DNA of 45,926 nt, from UHGV virus genome UHGV-0253013; one strand, given 5' to 3'. Origin of the DNA: a virus. This document shows positions 1 through 10,225 of the stretch, piece after piece. Under the pieces are notes generated by a model, which saw nothing but the letters and a program-made list of their open reading frames with translations, searched no databases and was not told the DNA's origin. The translations under genes and the position numbers were made by a program. Positions within the stretch are counted from its first letter, which is position 1, and each line of letters opens with the position of its first letter.

Positions 1-1273
1 CGACCGTCGTCGTGGTTGCTTGCAGTACGGCGGGGCAAAACGCACTTTGCGGTGGGCGGGTAAAGGCTTCCAACCACAGAACCTGGCGCGCGGGTACTAT
101 CACGATGATGAACTGGATAAAGGCATTTCAGCGTTACTTAAAGGCCGGGCACACCGCCGTTTTGATGTAGCCAAGCTAACGGCATCGACGGTACGTAGCT
201 GCATCATACCGGAAGTGGGGCATAAGTTTGTTGTTGCCGATTACTCTAACGTTGAGGGTCGTGGGCTTGCGTGGTTGGCAGGCGAAGAAACCGCGCTTGA
301 TACTTTCCGCGCCGGGTTGGATATTTATTGCGTAACTGCAGGTAAGATGTTTGGCATGGACCCCGACGATATTAAGAAAAACTTTAAGGAAATCAGACAG
401 ATAGGCAAAGCATGCGAACTGGGCCTCGGCTACGAGGGAGGCGTCGGAGCATTCGTTACGTTCGCCAAAAACTTAGGCCTCGACCTTATTGAGATGGCTA
501 AAACAATGGACGGTACATTCCCGGACCACATCTGGTCAGCCACCGCGAGAGGATATGAATGGGCGCGCATCCAGGAAGCCAAGCGCCCCCCGCATCCAGG
601 TGAGAAGGATGACCGACCATCGTATATTCTGGACAAGAAAGTGTGGCGCACCTGCGACGCAATCAAGCGTATGTGGCGCGAGTCACACCCGGAAACAGTA
701 GCGTTCTGGCGCGACCTCAAAGACGGTATTTTAGCCGCTGTAAGAAATCCGGGTCGTGAATTTTGGGCGGGGGCGCATCTGCGCAAGAATGGCGAGCGCG
801 CTATCCGAATCTGGAGAACAGTAGAAACCGATTCATCCGGTAGGAAGGTTCCCGGTTGGTGGTTGTGTATGGAGTTGCCGTCGGGCCGTATCCTCTCGTA
901 TCCAGGAATCGGCGTTAGCGTGACAAAAGAAACAGACGAAGACGGACGGGTAAACACGAATGTGCGAATCAAGTACCAAGGTGAAAACCAGTTAACCCGC
1001 CAATGGACTACCCTGTACACACACGGCGGCAAAGCCTGCGAAAACATTGTTCAGGCGCTGTGCCGTGATTTACTCGCATATGCGATGATTAATGTTGAGG
1101 GTGGCGGGTATCCCATCGTGCTTTCGGTACACGATGAACTGGTATGTGAAACTCCAGATACGCCGGATTACACGGTGCCTGAGCTGGAAAAATTAATGTG
1201 CGCGTTGCCTGAGTGGGCAGAAGGCTTCCCTCTTGTCGCGGAAGGTAGCGAAATGTACAGATATGCTAAATGA
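1..1273 (+). CDS. DNA polymerase, family A (Pol I/T7-like), C-terminal polymerase domain; 5' end lies outside the window
   Basis: Frame is open from window position 2. Palm motifs visible: VVADYSNVEGR (motif A-like), RQIGKACELGLGYEGG (motif B-like), SVHDELV (motif C). Confidence 0.85.
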   Translation, partial: DRRRGCLQYGGAKRTLRWAGKGFQPQNLARGYYHDDELDKGISALLKGRAHRRFDVAKLTASTVRSCIIPEVGHKFVVADYSNVEGRGLAWLAGEETALDTFRAGLDIYCVTAGKMFGMDPDDIKKNFKEIRQIGKACELGLGYEGGVGAFVTFAKNLGLDLIEMAKTMDGTFPDHIWSATARGYEWARIQEAKRPPHPGEKDDRPSYILDKKVWRTCDAIKRMWRESHPETVAFWRDLKDGILAAVRNPGREFWAGAHLRKNGERAIRIWRTVETDSSGRKVPGWWLCMELPSGRILSYPGIGVSVTKETDEDGRVNTNVRIKYQGENQLTRQWTTLYTHGGKACENIVQALCRDLLAYAMINVEGGGYPIVLSVHDELVCETPDTPDYTVPELEKLMCALPEWAEGFPLVAEGSEMYRYAK

Positions 1274-1788
1274 TGATGATGGGGTGGTTTATGAGAGATT
1301 TAATTAATTGGCATGACCATTTCTACTACGAACCTGACACGGGGAAGATACGATGGAAGTATTCCCCGAGACACAGTATAAACGCCGGAGACGAAGCCGG
1401 TAGCCCGAGTAAGAGGGGCTACATCTGTATCGTCGTCATAGGGGTTAGTTACAGGGCTAATCGTATCGCGTGGGAGATGTATAACAATGACCGTTTAGGT
1501 CCTGATGATGAAGTAGACCATATAAATCACATCCTGGATGATAATCGTGCATGCAACCTTCGGAAAGTATCGCGTACTGATAACAACCGAAACGCATCTC
1601 GGAGAAAAGATAACAAGTCGGGTCTCACAGGTGTGCACTGGAACGCACGGGCAGCTAAATGGAAAGCATGTATATTTGTTGGCGGTAAACTTATATTCCT
1701 AGGCCATTATGGCAATATATTTGACGCTGCTTGTGCACGGAAATCCGCGATTGTTCGCTACGGCTTTCATGAGAATCACGGAGGTTAG
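1270..1788 (+). CDS. HNH homing endonuclease with C-terminal AP2-like DNA-binding domain (paralog 1 of 3)
   Basis: EVDHINHILDDNRACNLRKV HNH motif; C-terminal SGLTGVHW...KWKA...LG.Y...AA.AR AP2-like fold. Start codon uncertain (run of Met at 1270; MRDL at 1291). Confidence 0.75.
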   Translation: MMMMGWFMRDLINWHDHFYYEPDTGKIRWKYSPRHSINAGDEAGSPSKRGYICIVVIGVSYRANRIAWEMYNNDRLGPDDEVDHINHILDDNRACNLRKVSRTDNNRNASRRKDNKSGLTGVHWNARAAKWKACIFVGGKLIFLGHYGNIFDAACARKSAIVRYGFHENHGG

Positions 1789-1789
1789 A

Positions 1790-1921
1790 ATGCTAGGTAA
1801 ACTGATTATCGCAGTACTGGCGGGATTTGCCGCCGGTGTCTACTGTCACGAGGGTCAATACGGCATGATGGTCGCCGTATTGTGTATGTTAGTAGCAATT
1901 TATCTGTGGGTGTTGGAATGA
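1790..1921 (+). CDS. small hydrophobic (2-TM) protein
   Basis: Internal ATG at 1790 preceded by GGAGG; product MLGKLIIAVLAGFAAGV... is strongly hydrophobic. Upstream part of the track ORF overlaps the HNH gene. Confidence 0.4.
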   Translation: MLGKLIIAVLAGFAAGVYCHEGQYGMMVAVLCMLVAIYLWVLE

Positions 1922-2002
1922 AAATTTACTGGTTCTACGAAGAAGACTGCCGAATCTGTCCGCGCTGCGGGATTGAGCACACGAAACGAGAGGGGTGCGT
2001 AG

Positions 2003-2290
2003 ATGAGTACGCCTGAGGGGCGCATCCAGAAATACGCAAAAGAGAGATTTGAGGTCATGGGGGGCCTTGTACGCAAATTGTCGTACGAAAATAGAGTGGG
2101 AGCCCCTGACCTGCTGGTAATTCTCCCCGGCGGCATCGTCTGGTTCGTGGAGGTTAAGAAAGACGAAAACACGAAGCCTGACCCGCACCAGTTACGTGAG
2201 CATGAGCGGATGCGTAAACGCGGTGCAAATGTTTTTGTCGTTGGGTCGTTTAAACAGGTTGACGACCTAATAGCGAACTATTATAGTTAG
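2003..2290 (+). CDS. VRR-NUC domain nuclease
   Basis: GAPDLLVILPGGIVWFVEVKKDE...HQ pattern typical of VRR-NUC (PD-(D/E)xK) nucleases; sits in the replication cluster. Confidence 0.7.
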   Translation: MSTPEGRIQKYAKERFEVMGGLVRKLSYENRVGAPDLLVILPGGIVWFVEVKKDENTKPDPHQLREHERMRKRGANVFVVGSFKQVDDLIANYYS

Positions 2291-2320
2291 ACATACACCA
2301 ACAATATAAGGAATTGAGAA

Positions 2321-2512
2321 ATGAAACATGAATATGACCGCAAACCAGCACGCGACATCGTACCTGGCGATATGATTTTCAACGTCAAGACGCGCCAGCC
2401 TGTTGCCGTTGATACGGTGTTCGTAGAGTCGAACGGTAAACTGGTTATCGAAGACGTAACAGGAAACGTTACCGCGTTCGGGCGTAAAGAGCTGGTTCTG
2501 GTGGCCAAATGA
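2321..2512 (+). CDS. hypothetical protein
   Basis: ORF with AGGAATTGAG upstream; stop overlaps the helicase start (ATGA). Confidence 0.4.
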   Translation: MKHEYDRKPARDIVPGDMIFNVKTRQPVAVDTVFVESNGKLVIEDVTGNVTAFGRKELVLVAK

Positions 2513-4974
2513 ATAAATTCACTAGAAGGCCTTATCAAAAGCTCATGACCTCGTTCATGCTGCAACACCCGCGCTGTAATATCTGGGCCAGTATGGGCAG
2601 CGGCAAGTGCCTGAAACGCGGGACTGAAGTTATTATGTTTGACGGTACGACCAAGAAAGTAGAAGACGTCATCGTCGGTGACGTGCTTATGGGGCCGGAT
2701 TCAACGCCTAGAAATGTACTGTCTCTCGGTAGAGGCCGGGAGATGATGTACGAGGTTAAACCGCGAAAAGGAGAGTCGTATACGGTCAACGAAAGCCATA
2801 TATTATCCCTGCGAACTACTACAGGGATCGCAAAAGGTTCATGGCCAGATGATACCGTTTTCGACATAAGCGTCCGCGACTGGCTTAAGTTGCCGAAATA
2901 TGTAACCGGGCCTAATGGGTATCTTAAGGGTTGGCGGGTACCTGTCGATTTTACAAGGAAAGAGCAGGACGAGGCTTTATTGCCTCCGTACCTTATGGGG
3001 TTATGGCTGGGCGACGGTACTTCGTCGTCTGGGGCCATAACATCAGGAGAGAACGAAAAGGAAATAAGGGCGTATCTTGAGTCGTACGCAGCACGTAATG
3101 GGATGCAAATACGAAAAGAAGGACTTACATGGAGTATATCTTACGGCAACACAGGTCATAAGAAGCACGGGTTTACACACGCGCTGAAATCGGCGGGTGT
3201 CCTGAACAATAAGCATATACCGCATAATTACAAATGCGGCGACCGGCGACAGCGTTTAGAATTGCTGGCGGGGCTTCTGGATAGTGATGGTTACTGCGAT
3301 TTGTCTAAAGCAGGTTTTGACTGGATTTCGGTAAGCGAGCGACTCGCTGATGATTTTTGCTATCTATGCCGTTCTCTTGGTTTCGCCGCTTACAAGAAGA
3401 AAACTCGTAAGCGTTGCGCAAACACTGATGTTTGGGGTGACTACTTTAGCGTATCAGTATCGGGCGATTTTTCTGAGGTACCTTTCGTGCGCGGACGCCA
3501 CCAGAATTTACCGAAGCGTAATATTAATAAGAACGTGCTTAACGTTGGGATAGAATCCATAACCCCGGTCGGCGTAGATGACTATTTTGGCTTCACTATC
3601 GACGGTGACAGTCGGTTTTTATTGGGGGACTTCACTGTCACGCACAATACAAGCTCAACGTTGTGGGCTCTCAACAGACTGTTCCGTAATGGGCAACTTA
3701 ATGACGACGACCGAGTGTTAATTCTGGCTCCTTTACGTGTTGCGTCCGGCACGTGGCCCGCGGAACAGGCACGTTGGAACTTCCCGTGTTTGCATGTTGT
3801 AGACGCAACTGGTTCAGAGAAGCGCCGCATCGCGGCGCTGGAGTCAGATGCCAACGTGGTGTGCACGAACTACGAAGTTATTGAGTGGCTGATTGACTAC
3901 TACGGCAAAGACGACTGGCCTTTTACGGTTATCGTTGCCGATGAAAGCACGAAGCTCAAATCATTCCGTAGCCGTTCCGGCGGCAGCAAGCGTGCAAAGG
4001 CGCTTAGCAAAGTGGCGTTCGGTAAGGTTAAGCGTTTCATCAACCTTACCGGTACGCCGTCGCCGAACGGCCTCAAAGACTTGTGGGGGCAGAACTGGTT
4101 TATCGACGGCGGAGAGCGCCTGGGGTCATCGTACACCGCATTCACAGACCGCTGGTTTAACTCGGTACAGAAAGGCAAATCAGCGATGGCACGTGAATAT
4201 CACGCACGCCCGGGCGCAGATAACGAGATTCACCAGAAGATGAAGGACATTAGTCTCACGATTGACGCCGCCGAGTGGTTTGGGTGTGAAGCGCCGATTA
4301 TCGTACCGGTCGAAATCGACCTGCCGAAGAAAGCGCGGCAGGCGTACATCGATATGGAGGAGAAGCTATTCGCGGAACTGGAGAGCGGAGAAGTTGAAGC
4401 GGCTAACGCCGCGGCGAAGACCTCAAAGTGCTTGCAGATTGCTTCCGGTGCCGTATATGTATCGGGGCCGGACGGCGAAGCAACGAAAGACTGGGAGAAA
4501 GTGCACGACACGAAACTTGATGCGCTCGAGTCGATTGTTGAGGAGTTACAGGGTGCGCCGTTACTGGTAGCCTATCAGTTCAAGCATGAACTGGAGCGCA
4601 TCCTTAAGCGATTCCCGCAAGCACAGGCATTTGCCAAAGGTGCTAAGGGTAATAAGCAGATGGAAGCGTGGAACCGTAGGGAGATACCTATGCTCCTGAT
4701 ACACCCAGCCTCCGCAGGCCACGGACTGTCGCTACAACACGGCGGACACCACATGGCCTTTATGAGTCAGGGGTGGAACCTGGAACATTATCTGCAGGTT
4801 ATCGAGCGTATAGGCCCAGTAAGGCAGATGCAATCCGGATACAAACGGTCTGTATTCATTTATCAAATAATAGCACGAGATACTCTTGATGAAGTTGTCG
4901 CCTCTCGTACAGACGAGAAAAGGTCTGTACAGGACGAACTACTTAATTATATGAAGCGCAGAGGTAAGAAATGA
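2509..4974 (+). CDS. SNF2/DEAD-like helicase, intein-containing
   Basis: Walker A MGSGK|...|TSS is split by the insert; downstream VIVADEST (DExx-like) and INLTGTPSPNGL (motif III-like). Confidence 0.8.
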   Translation: MNKFTRRPYQKLMTSFMLQHPRCNIWASMGSGKCLKRGTEVIMFDGTTKKVEDVIVGDVLMGPDSTPRNVLSLGRGREMMYEVKPRKGESYTVNESHILSLRTTTGIAKGSWPDDTVFDISVRDWLKLPKYVTGPNGYLKGWRVPVDFTRKEQDEALLPPYLMGLWLGDGTSSSGAITSGENEKEIRAYLESYAARNGMQIRKEGLTWSISYGNTGHKKHGFTHALKSAGVLNNKHIPHNYKCGDRRQRLELLAGLLDSDGYCDLSKAGFDWISVSERLADDFCYLCRSLGFAAYKKKTRKRCANTDVWGDYFSVSVSGDFSEVPFVRGRHQNLPKRNINKNVLNVGIESITPVGVDDYFGFTIDGDSRFLLGDFTVTHNTSSTLWALNRLFRNGQLNDDDRVLILAPLRVASGTWPAEQARWNFPCLHVVDATGSEKRRIAALESDANVVCTNYEVIEWLIDYYGKDDWPFTVIVADESTKLKSFRSRSGGSKRAKALSKVAFGKVKRFINLTGTPSPNGLKDLWGQNWFIDGGERLGSSYTAFTDRWFNSVQKGKSAMAREYHARPGADNEIHQKMKDISLTIDAAEWFGCEAPIIVPVEIDLPKKARQAYIDMEEKLFAELESGEVEAANAAAKTSKCLQIASGAVYVSGPDGEATKDWEKVHDTKLDALESIVEELQGAPLLVAYQFKHELERILKRFPQAQAFAKGAKGNKQMEAWNRREIPMLLIHPASAGHGLSLQHGGHHMAFMSQGWNLEHYLQVIERIGPVRQMQSGYKRSVFIYQIIARDTLDEVVASRTDEKRSVQDELLNYMKRRGKK
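2608..3648 (+). mobile_element. intein (347 aa) with LAGLIDADG homing endonuclease domain, inserted in the helicase P-loop
   Basis: Starts with Cys directly after GSGK; ends ...VTHN followed by Thr (+1 nucleophile). Block B-like NESHILSL. Two LAGLIDADG motifs: LMGLWLGDG and LAGLLDSDG. Excision restores GSGKTSS. Confidence 0.8.
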
Positions 4975-5156
4975 AACTTAATGTTGGCGATGAAATATAC
5001 AGCGTACATTCATTCAATACTTTCACCATCGAGTACATATCAAAAGACGGCAACAGCTTTGTTTTGGTAAGCACGGACGGTAAATACGAAAAGTCGCGAT
5101 GCTACACGCTGCCGGATATAAAGCGCAGTTTCAAGAAAAGTGAAGGTAAGAAATGA
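4971..5156 (+). CDS. hypothetical protein
   Basis: ORF overlapping the helicase stop (ATGA); no recognisable motif. Confidence 0.4.
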   Translation: MKLNVGDEIYSVHSFNTFTIEYISKDGNSFVLVSTDGKYEKSRCYTLPDIKRSFKKSEGKK

Positions 5157-5290
5157 ACATCATAGCCCCGATTCCAGCATTGCAAAAACGTATCAAGGAA
5201 CTCGAAGAGGAGGTTCTACGACTACGTCAGCAGAGAGACGCCGCTAATGCGCAACTTGCTTTCATACTGGAGAAGCTATCAGAAGAGTAG
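5153..5290 (+). CDS. small coiled-coil protein (45 aa)
   Basis: ATG at 5153 overlapping the upstream stop; MNIIAPIPALQKRIKELEEEVLRLRQQRD...; below the ORF-track size cut-off. Confidence 0.3.
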   Translation: MNIIAPIPALQKRIKELEEEVLRLRQQRDAANAQLAFILEKLSEE

Positions 5291-5294
5291 AGAA

Positions 5295-5320
5295 AAGGCC
5301 CCGTTTGGGGCCTTGTTTAT
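5295..5320. terminator. bidirectional rho-independent terminator between convergent genes
   Basis: AAGGCCCC-GTTT-GGGGCCTT hairpin followed by TTGTTTATTT; sits between the rightward early genes and the leftward tailspike gene. Confidence 0.6.
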
Positions 5321-7657
5321 TTAACTGTTTGTCAGGGTAGCCACTAATGTCTCAAGCGCTATAATCCTTTTCTCTAACTGAGCTGCTTTACGTCGCTGTA
5401 ACGCAGCCTCTAATATCAATACCTCATCATAACGAATACCATACCGCTCCCCTGCCGCCGTAGCTTTTGTTAATACTTCCCCAGATTCCTCATCAATAAT
5501 TTCCGGAGACGCTTCCCACTTATCGTAGCACAGGAAACCGTACTTAGTCGCGTCCAACCCGTGCCGGGTAAACGCCTCAATTGCTCGTTGGGCTACTACT
5601 CCAAAGTGCCACCTAGCTGCATCCTCCCCCTTCTCTGCAACCCTATCCAGGTACTTATATTGAACTAAATTAACTTCAGCCCAAGCGTCTAACATAGCGT
5701 CAGTTAATTCCAGGGGTAGTGTCTTGGTTCTCTCGTCAGACGTAACCGTAAACGCTGTTTGAGTGAATCCGCCGGACAAAGCGCGACTTGCCGACCCGAT
5801 AGCGACGGTGTTTGCACTGGATGGTGTAATAGCCGTCGGGGCTATTTGAATATGCGCCGATGCGTCAGAGGCTAAGCGTAAATTACCCCCAACCAGAGAA
5901 ATAGTTCGAAAAGTACCATCAGATGTGAGTAATTTTATCTGAGAGGTCGTACCTCCACCAATAGCCAAAGATGTAGCCTCATCGGAAATTAGTCTGAATT
6001 TATCAGCTGACACAAAAGGCAATGCAGAAGTATCTATATACTTAGTGAACCACTCAAACCTACCGGACATGGACCCTATGTATTGTCCTATAGCGGGGGC
6101 GTGTACCACGTTACTGGTGGTAGTACCATCAATGCTAGAGGCCCCGGTTATAGTAGATAGTGAACTAAGAAGACTGTTCTTGGGTCCAGGGTGCTTTACT
6201 TCCACAAAGTTACGGGTAGTCCCTGTCTCTAGTGTAACAACCCCGGAAGCACTATACATAGGGAAAACCGATGCGTAGTTATTACTAGCTCCGTCTAAAA
6301 ACCTAATAGAAGTCGCGGTTTGCGTTTGCCCTAAACTATTAGTTCCGCTGCACCCAACCATTAGAATATTATCAGCGGCATTATAGTTGCCTTGTAATGT
6401 AACGCCGTGTGCTTGCGTGGCCTCGGAGGAGGAGTAATCAGCTAAAACATTTGTCACCAGATTACCTGAACCCTTGCCGGTGACCACAGCGGCATACTTA
6501 GCGTTATTAGCAACAACATTACTGATAATATTACTGCTAGGGGCATTGGTCGTCTTGGTGCCATTATAAACAACGTGCTGACAGCTTTGCCCAATGACGC
6601 CACTAACAACATTACATTTAGCATCTGTTTTCAACTCAACCGCCCCGAATTGGGGGTAGTTTCGGGCGATAACATCGTTGATTATAGTATTACTTGCGGA
6701 CTCAAACAGCACGCACCCCGCTGTTTTATTTGTAGCATACCCGGAGTAGTCGCCCCGTATGCCGCTTACAATGTATCCAGACGGACCCCCATCACTAGGG
6801 TATGCCATTAAACTAAATCCAGTTCCCTTTGCATTTTTAAAATCAATACCTTTAATAGTAACGTCCTGCCCACCGGCGAAGGAAACCTGCTGACCCTGTG
6901 TGGAGTCCGTTGCCTTATTTCCTACAATACTCAGGGTGCTAAGTAGCCCTCCTGCAGGTTTATCAAAGATTAAGTGGTTTCCAGAATCGTTTGATTGTTT
7001 TAAAACCCCACCCCCTGTTCCGAATAGAGAGCATGTCGGGTGGGAGAGTAGCGACGTACTATACTCCCCTTGCGGTACAAGCACCCCGTTACTAGCTGTA
7101 AGCGCTCGGTTAAGGGCGTTTGTGTAATCAGGGTCAGTACCTAAATAGAAGTCCAGAACGGAAACTACTTCTCTATTTTTATCGTGTTGCGTCCTGCCGA
7201 CAGCGTCGGTAAATGGTTGTCGGACGCCGACCATGGCATCACCTAATGTCGCATTGTCTGTGCTGGATAAATCATTGCGCAAATCCGGGTCAGTCTGCGG
7301 CTTCCAGTTAGCGCTACCAACCGGGTTAAACGATGCGGGGACAACAACCGGCAGAGTCCCGGTATACGAGTACCACGTCTTGCTTACAGGGTCATACACC
7401 ACTTTGTCGCGGTCATTAGCGGTTAACGTACCACCAGTGGAAAAGTCCCATGACACCGGAGAAAAACCAGCGTCACGCAACACGGCTGGTAACGTCTTTT
7501 GGGTCTGTCCAGTAACCTGATTTGTCGCGTAATCGATATCAGCGCCACCAGCAACACCGCCGGATTTGCCGGTGATAACCTCGGCTTCGAAAATCTGGTG
7601 TTTCTTGGCGGTCTGTAAATCCACCAGGCTTAAAACGTCACCGCATCCGCTTGACAT
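5321..7657 (-). CDS. tailspike / tail fibre with beta-helix body and C-terminal intramolecular chaperone (peptidase S74-like) domain
   Basis: 778 aa; Gly/Asn/Thr/Ser-rich repetitive middle; C-terminal region has an SDERTK (Ser...Lys dyad) motif and a terminal coiled coil; last gene of the tail module. Confidence 0.75.
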   Translation of the reverse strand: MSSGCGDVLSLVDLQTAKKHQIFEAEVITGKSGGVAGGADIDYATNQVTGQTQKTLPAVLRDAGFSPVSWDFSTGGTLTANDRDKVVYDPVSKTWYSYTGTLPVVVPASFNPVGSANWKPQTDPDLRNDLSSTDNATLGDAMVGVRQPFTDAVGRTQHDKNREVVSVLDFYLGTDPDYTNALNRALTASNGVLVPQGEYSTSLLSHPTCSLFGTGGGVLKQSNDSGNHLIFDKPAGGLLSTLSIVGNKATDSTQGQQVSFAGGQDVTIKGIDFKNAKGTGFSLMAYPSDGGPSGYIVSGIRGDYSGYATNKTAGCVLFESASNTIINDVIARNYPQFGAVELKTDAKCNVVSGVIGQSCQHVVYNGTKTTNAPSSNIISNVVANNAKYAAVVTGKGSGNLVTNVLADYSSSEATQAHGVTLQGNYNAADNILMVGCSGTNSLGQTQTATSIRFLDGASNNYASVFPMYSASGVVTLETGTTRNFVEVKHPGPKNSLLSSLSTITGASSIDGTTTSNVVHAPAIGQYIGSMSGRFEWFTKYIDTSALPFVSADKFRLISDEATSLAIGGGTTSQIKLLTSDGTFRTISLVGGNLRLASDASAHIQIAPTAITPSSANTVAIGSASRALSGGFTQTAFTVTSDERTKTLPLELTDAMLDAWAEVNLVQYKYLDRVAEKGEDAARWHFGVVAQRAIEAFTRHGLDATKYGFLCYDKWEASPEIIDEESGEVLTKATAAGERYGIRYDEVLILEAALQRRKAAQLEKRIIALETLVATLTNS

Positions 7658-7669
7658 ATAGAGTCCTCT

Positions 7670-10225
7670 TTAATTAAAACCATTGCTGAATCCGTCGGAG
7701 AAACCGCTGCCGTATGGCGCGACGCCGTCGTATTTATAGAATCCGTCGTCATAGTTGTAGCCAGTAATCTTGACCGTGCGGTCGTCGCCGGGGTCGATTG
7801 AAGAAACAACTATCTTCTGAGCATTATGCCTTGCTTCGTTGCCGAATGAAAACTCAGTTTTCAGCGCACTATTCCCTGTGTAGATTGCTTCCTCCGGCGC
7901 GGAGAGCATAATCACCTCGCGGTCGTGGCTTCCTTTGATGACAGAGATACTCTGCACCGAGCCGTCGCGCTTCTTGAGGATGATTGAGTGGTCGTCACCG
8001 GGGGTGAACGTAACCGGCTGCGACAGAGTTAGCGTAAGCCCATTAACGGCAACAACATAGCCGTCCTGTGGCGCGATACGTGAGCCTTTAACCACGCTGA
8101 TAACCCCGCCGGGGGTAGCGAGAGCACCTTCCTCGGTAGCTTCGAACTCAACGACAACTTTGCTTAACGCGTTGCGCTGGTAGCGACGCCATGCCAGCCA
8201 GTACGCCTGCTGATAATTGCGCACACCCTTAGATTCGTATTCCTCAGTGTTTGCGCCGAGTTCTTCCGGGATATAAATCGTTTCCGGTACGTTTGTATCT
8301 GGGTCAATGTACGAGAATGACAGGCTATCGTAGGTTGTAGAATCGTTGAACGTGCGTGTCCATTTCTCTGTACCGGTAGTTTTGCTGCGGTGGGTGAACA
8401 CCATTTCAGGCCCTGCAACCGGACGGTCGAAACGCAGCATAATGTCTGCACCTTTACGGTACGCAGTACAAAACACGGCTTCCGCTATGGTCTGAACGAT
8501 GTCCTGCATCGTGGTGTCGTAGTCGTCGAATGTGAAGCAGAACTGACCTGCTAATTCACTGCCGAAATATGACTCAATTTCATCCTGCACAGCGAGTAAC
8601 TTATCCATATTTGCCGTTGTCAGTTGCAGGTTACCTACTGCGGGGTCACGCGCCAGTCGGATTAGTGACTGCACAGCCTGAGTATTTGGCGACATTACTG
8701 TATCGAATACCCCATTTCCGAGGTATTTGTAACACATCTCAGTCGCAATCATGCGCAGTTCAGGGTTGTCAATACTAGCGGCCCGCGGTGTCTGTTTACG
8801 GGCACAATGTACGGTGGTTCTGTTGCCGTAATGTGGGGTAGTGTCCAGAGACTGCCCGTACAGGTTGATGAATGTTATCTCGTCGCTTACTGTGCCGTCG
8901 TAGTCCTTATCGAAATTCGTTACGCGGCGCATACGGGCGCGGAAACGGGACGCGGTCGGCAGTTGACCGTAGATAGACGTGCCGACGTAGTCCGTGTTGT
9001 TTCCTGTAATCGTCGCCCGTACCGTGTAAATATCGCTCAACGGGTTGCGCTGAGAGTCAATCATCTGGTACTGGAGTTCTACCGTTACGCTGGTGCGATT
9101 ATAGCCGCCGTCGTATTTGTAGAGGCCGTTCTGCCCCGCGACGTTAGCTAATACACGGTCAACTTCTCCGCGCACCATGTAATACCAGTCGGTCAGGGAT
9201 ACGTCATAGGTGTTGCTCGGGCCAATAAACGTATCTGAACGCTCCGTAAGTGCGTAAGTCTCTCCGTTATTAAGGTTGCCCCAGTTACCTATATTCCCGA
9301 CGTACAACCGAACCTCGAAGTCGTCGACATATAAAACCTCAAATGAGCCGTTCAGGTTAGTGACGTCCTTAACGTCAAAATTGCTCAGCACTGCGACGTC
9401 ACCAACACTAAGAAACTCAGAAAAAGCAGAGCCACCCGACGGGTCGTAGAGGTAGCCGGTGGTTGAAATACGTTTGGCGGTACCACCGGCGCTTGGGTTA
9501 GCCCCAATATCGTTTGGTGCTTTGAGTACAATACCGTCAACGTCGTCGTTGGAGTATGTTACATAGAGTTTCTGATCAATGACGTCGCCGATTTGTAGCT
9601 GCGGCGATGTGGTGTTGTTCGGTGACGTATACGGCGCATACACGGCAACAGAGGAGCCAGTGATGTCGCTTATCAGGGTGTCGCCCTCTGTTACGCCATC
9701 CGCCTCGATATGTAGATGCCCGCGCCCCGCGTCATAGTACGAATACTCCAGCAAAGCACCAGTGGAGTTGAACGCCTTATACGTCTGCATCAGGTCATTA
9801 GGGATTGTCTGCACAGTCCCGCAGATGTCATAGGAGCGCTCGTAAGGGCGTGGTTTGTTTGAGCGGTCTGTGAGGCTGTTATTTGGTGATGTTGTCTGGT
9901 TGTTAGTCGCCGTATAGTTGGCGTTTGCGGACATGTTCAGGCCAAACAACTTAGCGATTGGCTTAAGGATAAAACCAAATACCTTACTAACCGCACCGAG
10001 CGCCCCGCTACCCGCACTCTCAATAATGTGGTACACAGCGTCTTTGTCTTTAAGCGCGTCGAAGTCGTCCGTTACATCTGTATCGTCACCAATCTCGCCG
10101 AGGTAGACGCGTACAGGTGTGCCGTCAGGAATACGGTTAACGACAAACTCCATCGGCATCCCGACGTGTTTTGTACGGTCGAAAGCGCCCTCAGCGTTTC
10201 GCGTGTAGTGCAGGATTATCGCCAA
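7670..10225 (-). CDS. central tail fibre / tip attachment protein (lambda J-like)
   Basis: 851 aa ORF immediately downstream of a K-like gene in the distal tail module; call by size and synteny only. Confidence 0.55.
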   Translation of the reverse strand: MAIILHYTRNAEGAFDRTKHVGMPMEFVVNRIPDGTPVRVYLGEIGDDTDVTDDFDALKDKDAVYHIIESAGSGALGAVSKVFGFILKPIAKLFGLNMSANANYTATNNQTTSPNNSLTDRSNKPRPYERSYDICGTVQTIPNDLMQTYKAFNSTGALLEYSYYDAGRGHLHIEADGVTEGDTLISDITGSSVAVYAPYTSPNNTTSPQLQIGDVIDQKLYVTYSNDDVDGIVLKAPNDIGANPSAGGTAKRISTTGYLYDPSGGSAFSEFLSVGDVAVLSNFDVKDVTNLNGSFEVLYVDDFEVRLYVGNIGNWGNLNNGETYALTERSDTFIGPSNTYDVSLTDWYYMVRGEVDRVLANVAGQNGLYKYDGGYNRTSVTVELQYQMIDSQRNPLSDIYTVRATITGNNTDYVGTSIYGQLPTASRFRARMRRVTNFDKDYDGTVSDEITFINLYGQSLDTTPHYGNRTTVHCARKQTPRAASIDNPELRMIATEMCYKYLGNGVFDTVMSPNTQAVQSLIRLARDPAVGNLQLTTANMDKLLAVQDEIESYFGSELAGQFCFTFDDYDTTMQDIVQTIAEAVFCTAYRKGADIMLRFDRPVAGPEMVFTHRSKTTGTEKWTRTFNDSTTYDSLSFSYIDPDTNVPETIYIPEELGANTEEYESKGVRNYQQAYWLAWRRYQRNALSKVVVEFEATEEGALATPGGVISVVKGSRIAPQDGYVVAVNGLTLTLSQPVTFTPGDDHSIILKKRDGSVQSISVIKGSHDREVIMLSAPEEAIYTGNSALKTEFSFGNEARHNAQKIVVSSIDPGDDRTVKITGYNYDDGFYKYDGVAPYGSGFSDGFSNGFN

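Noticed and set aside
430-1047. 205-aa minus-strand ORF inside the polymerase gene
   Set aside because: Entirely antisense to a polymerase domain with recognisable catalytic motifs; no RBS.
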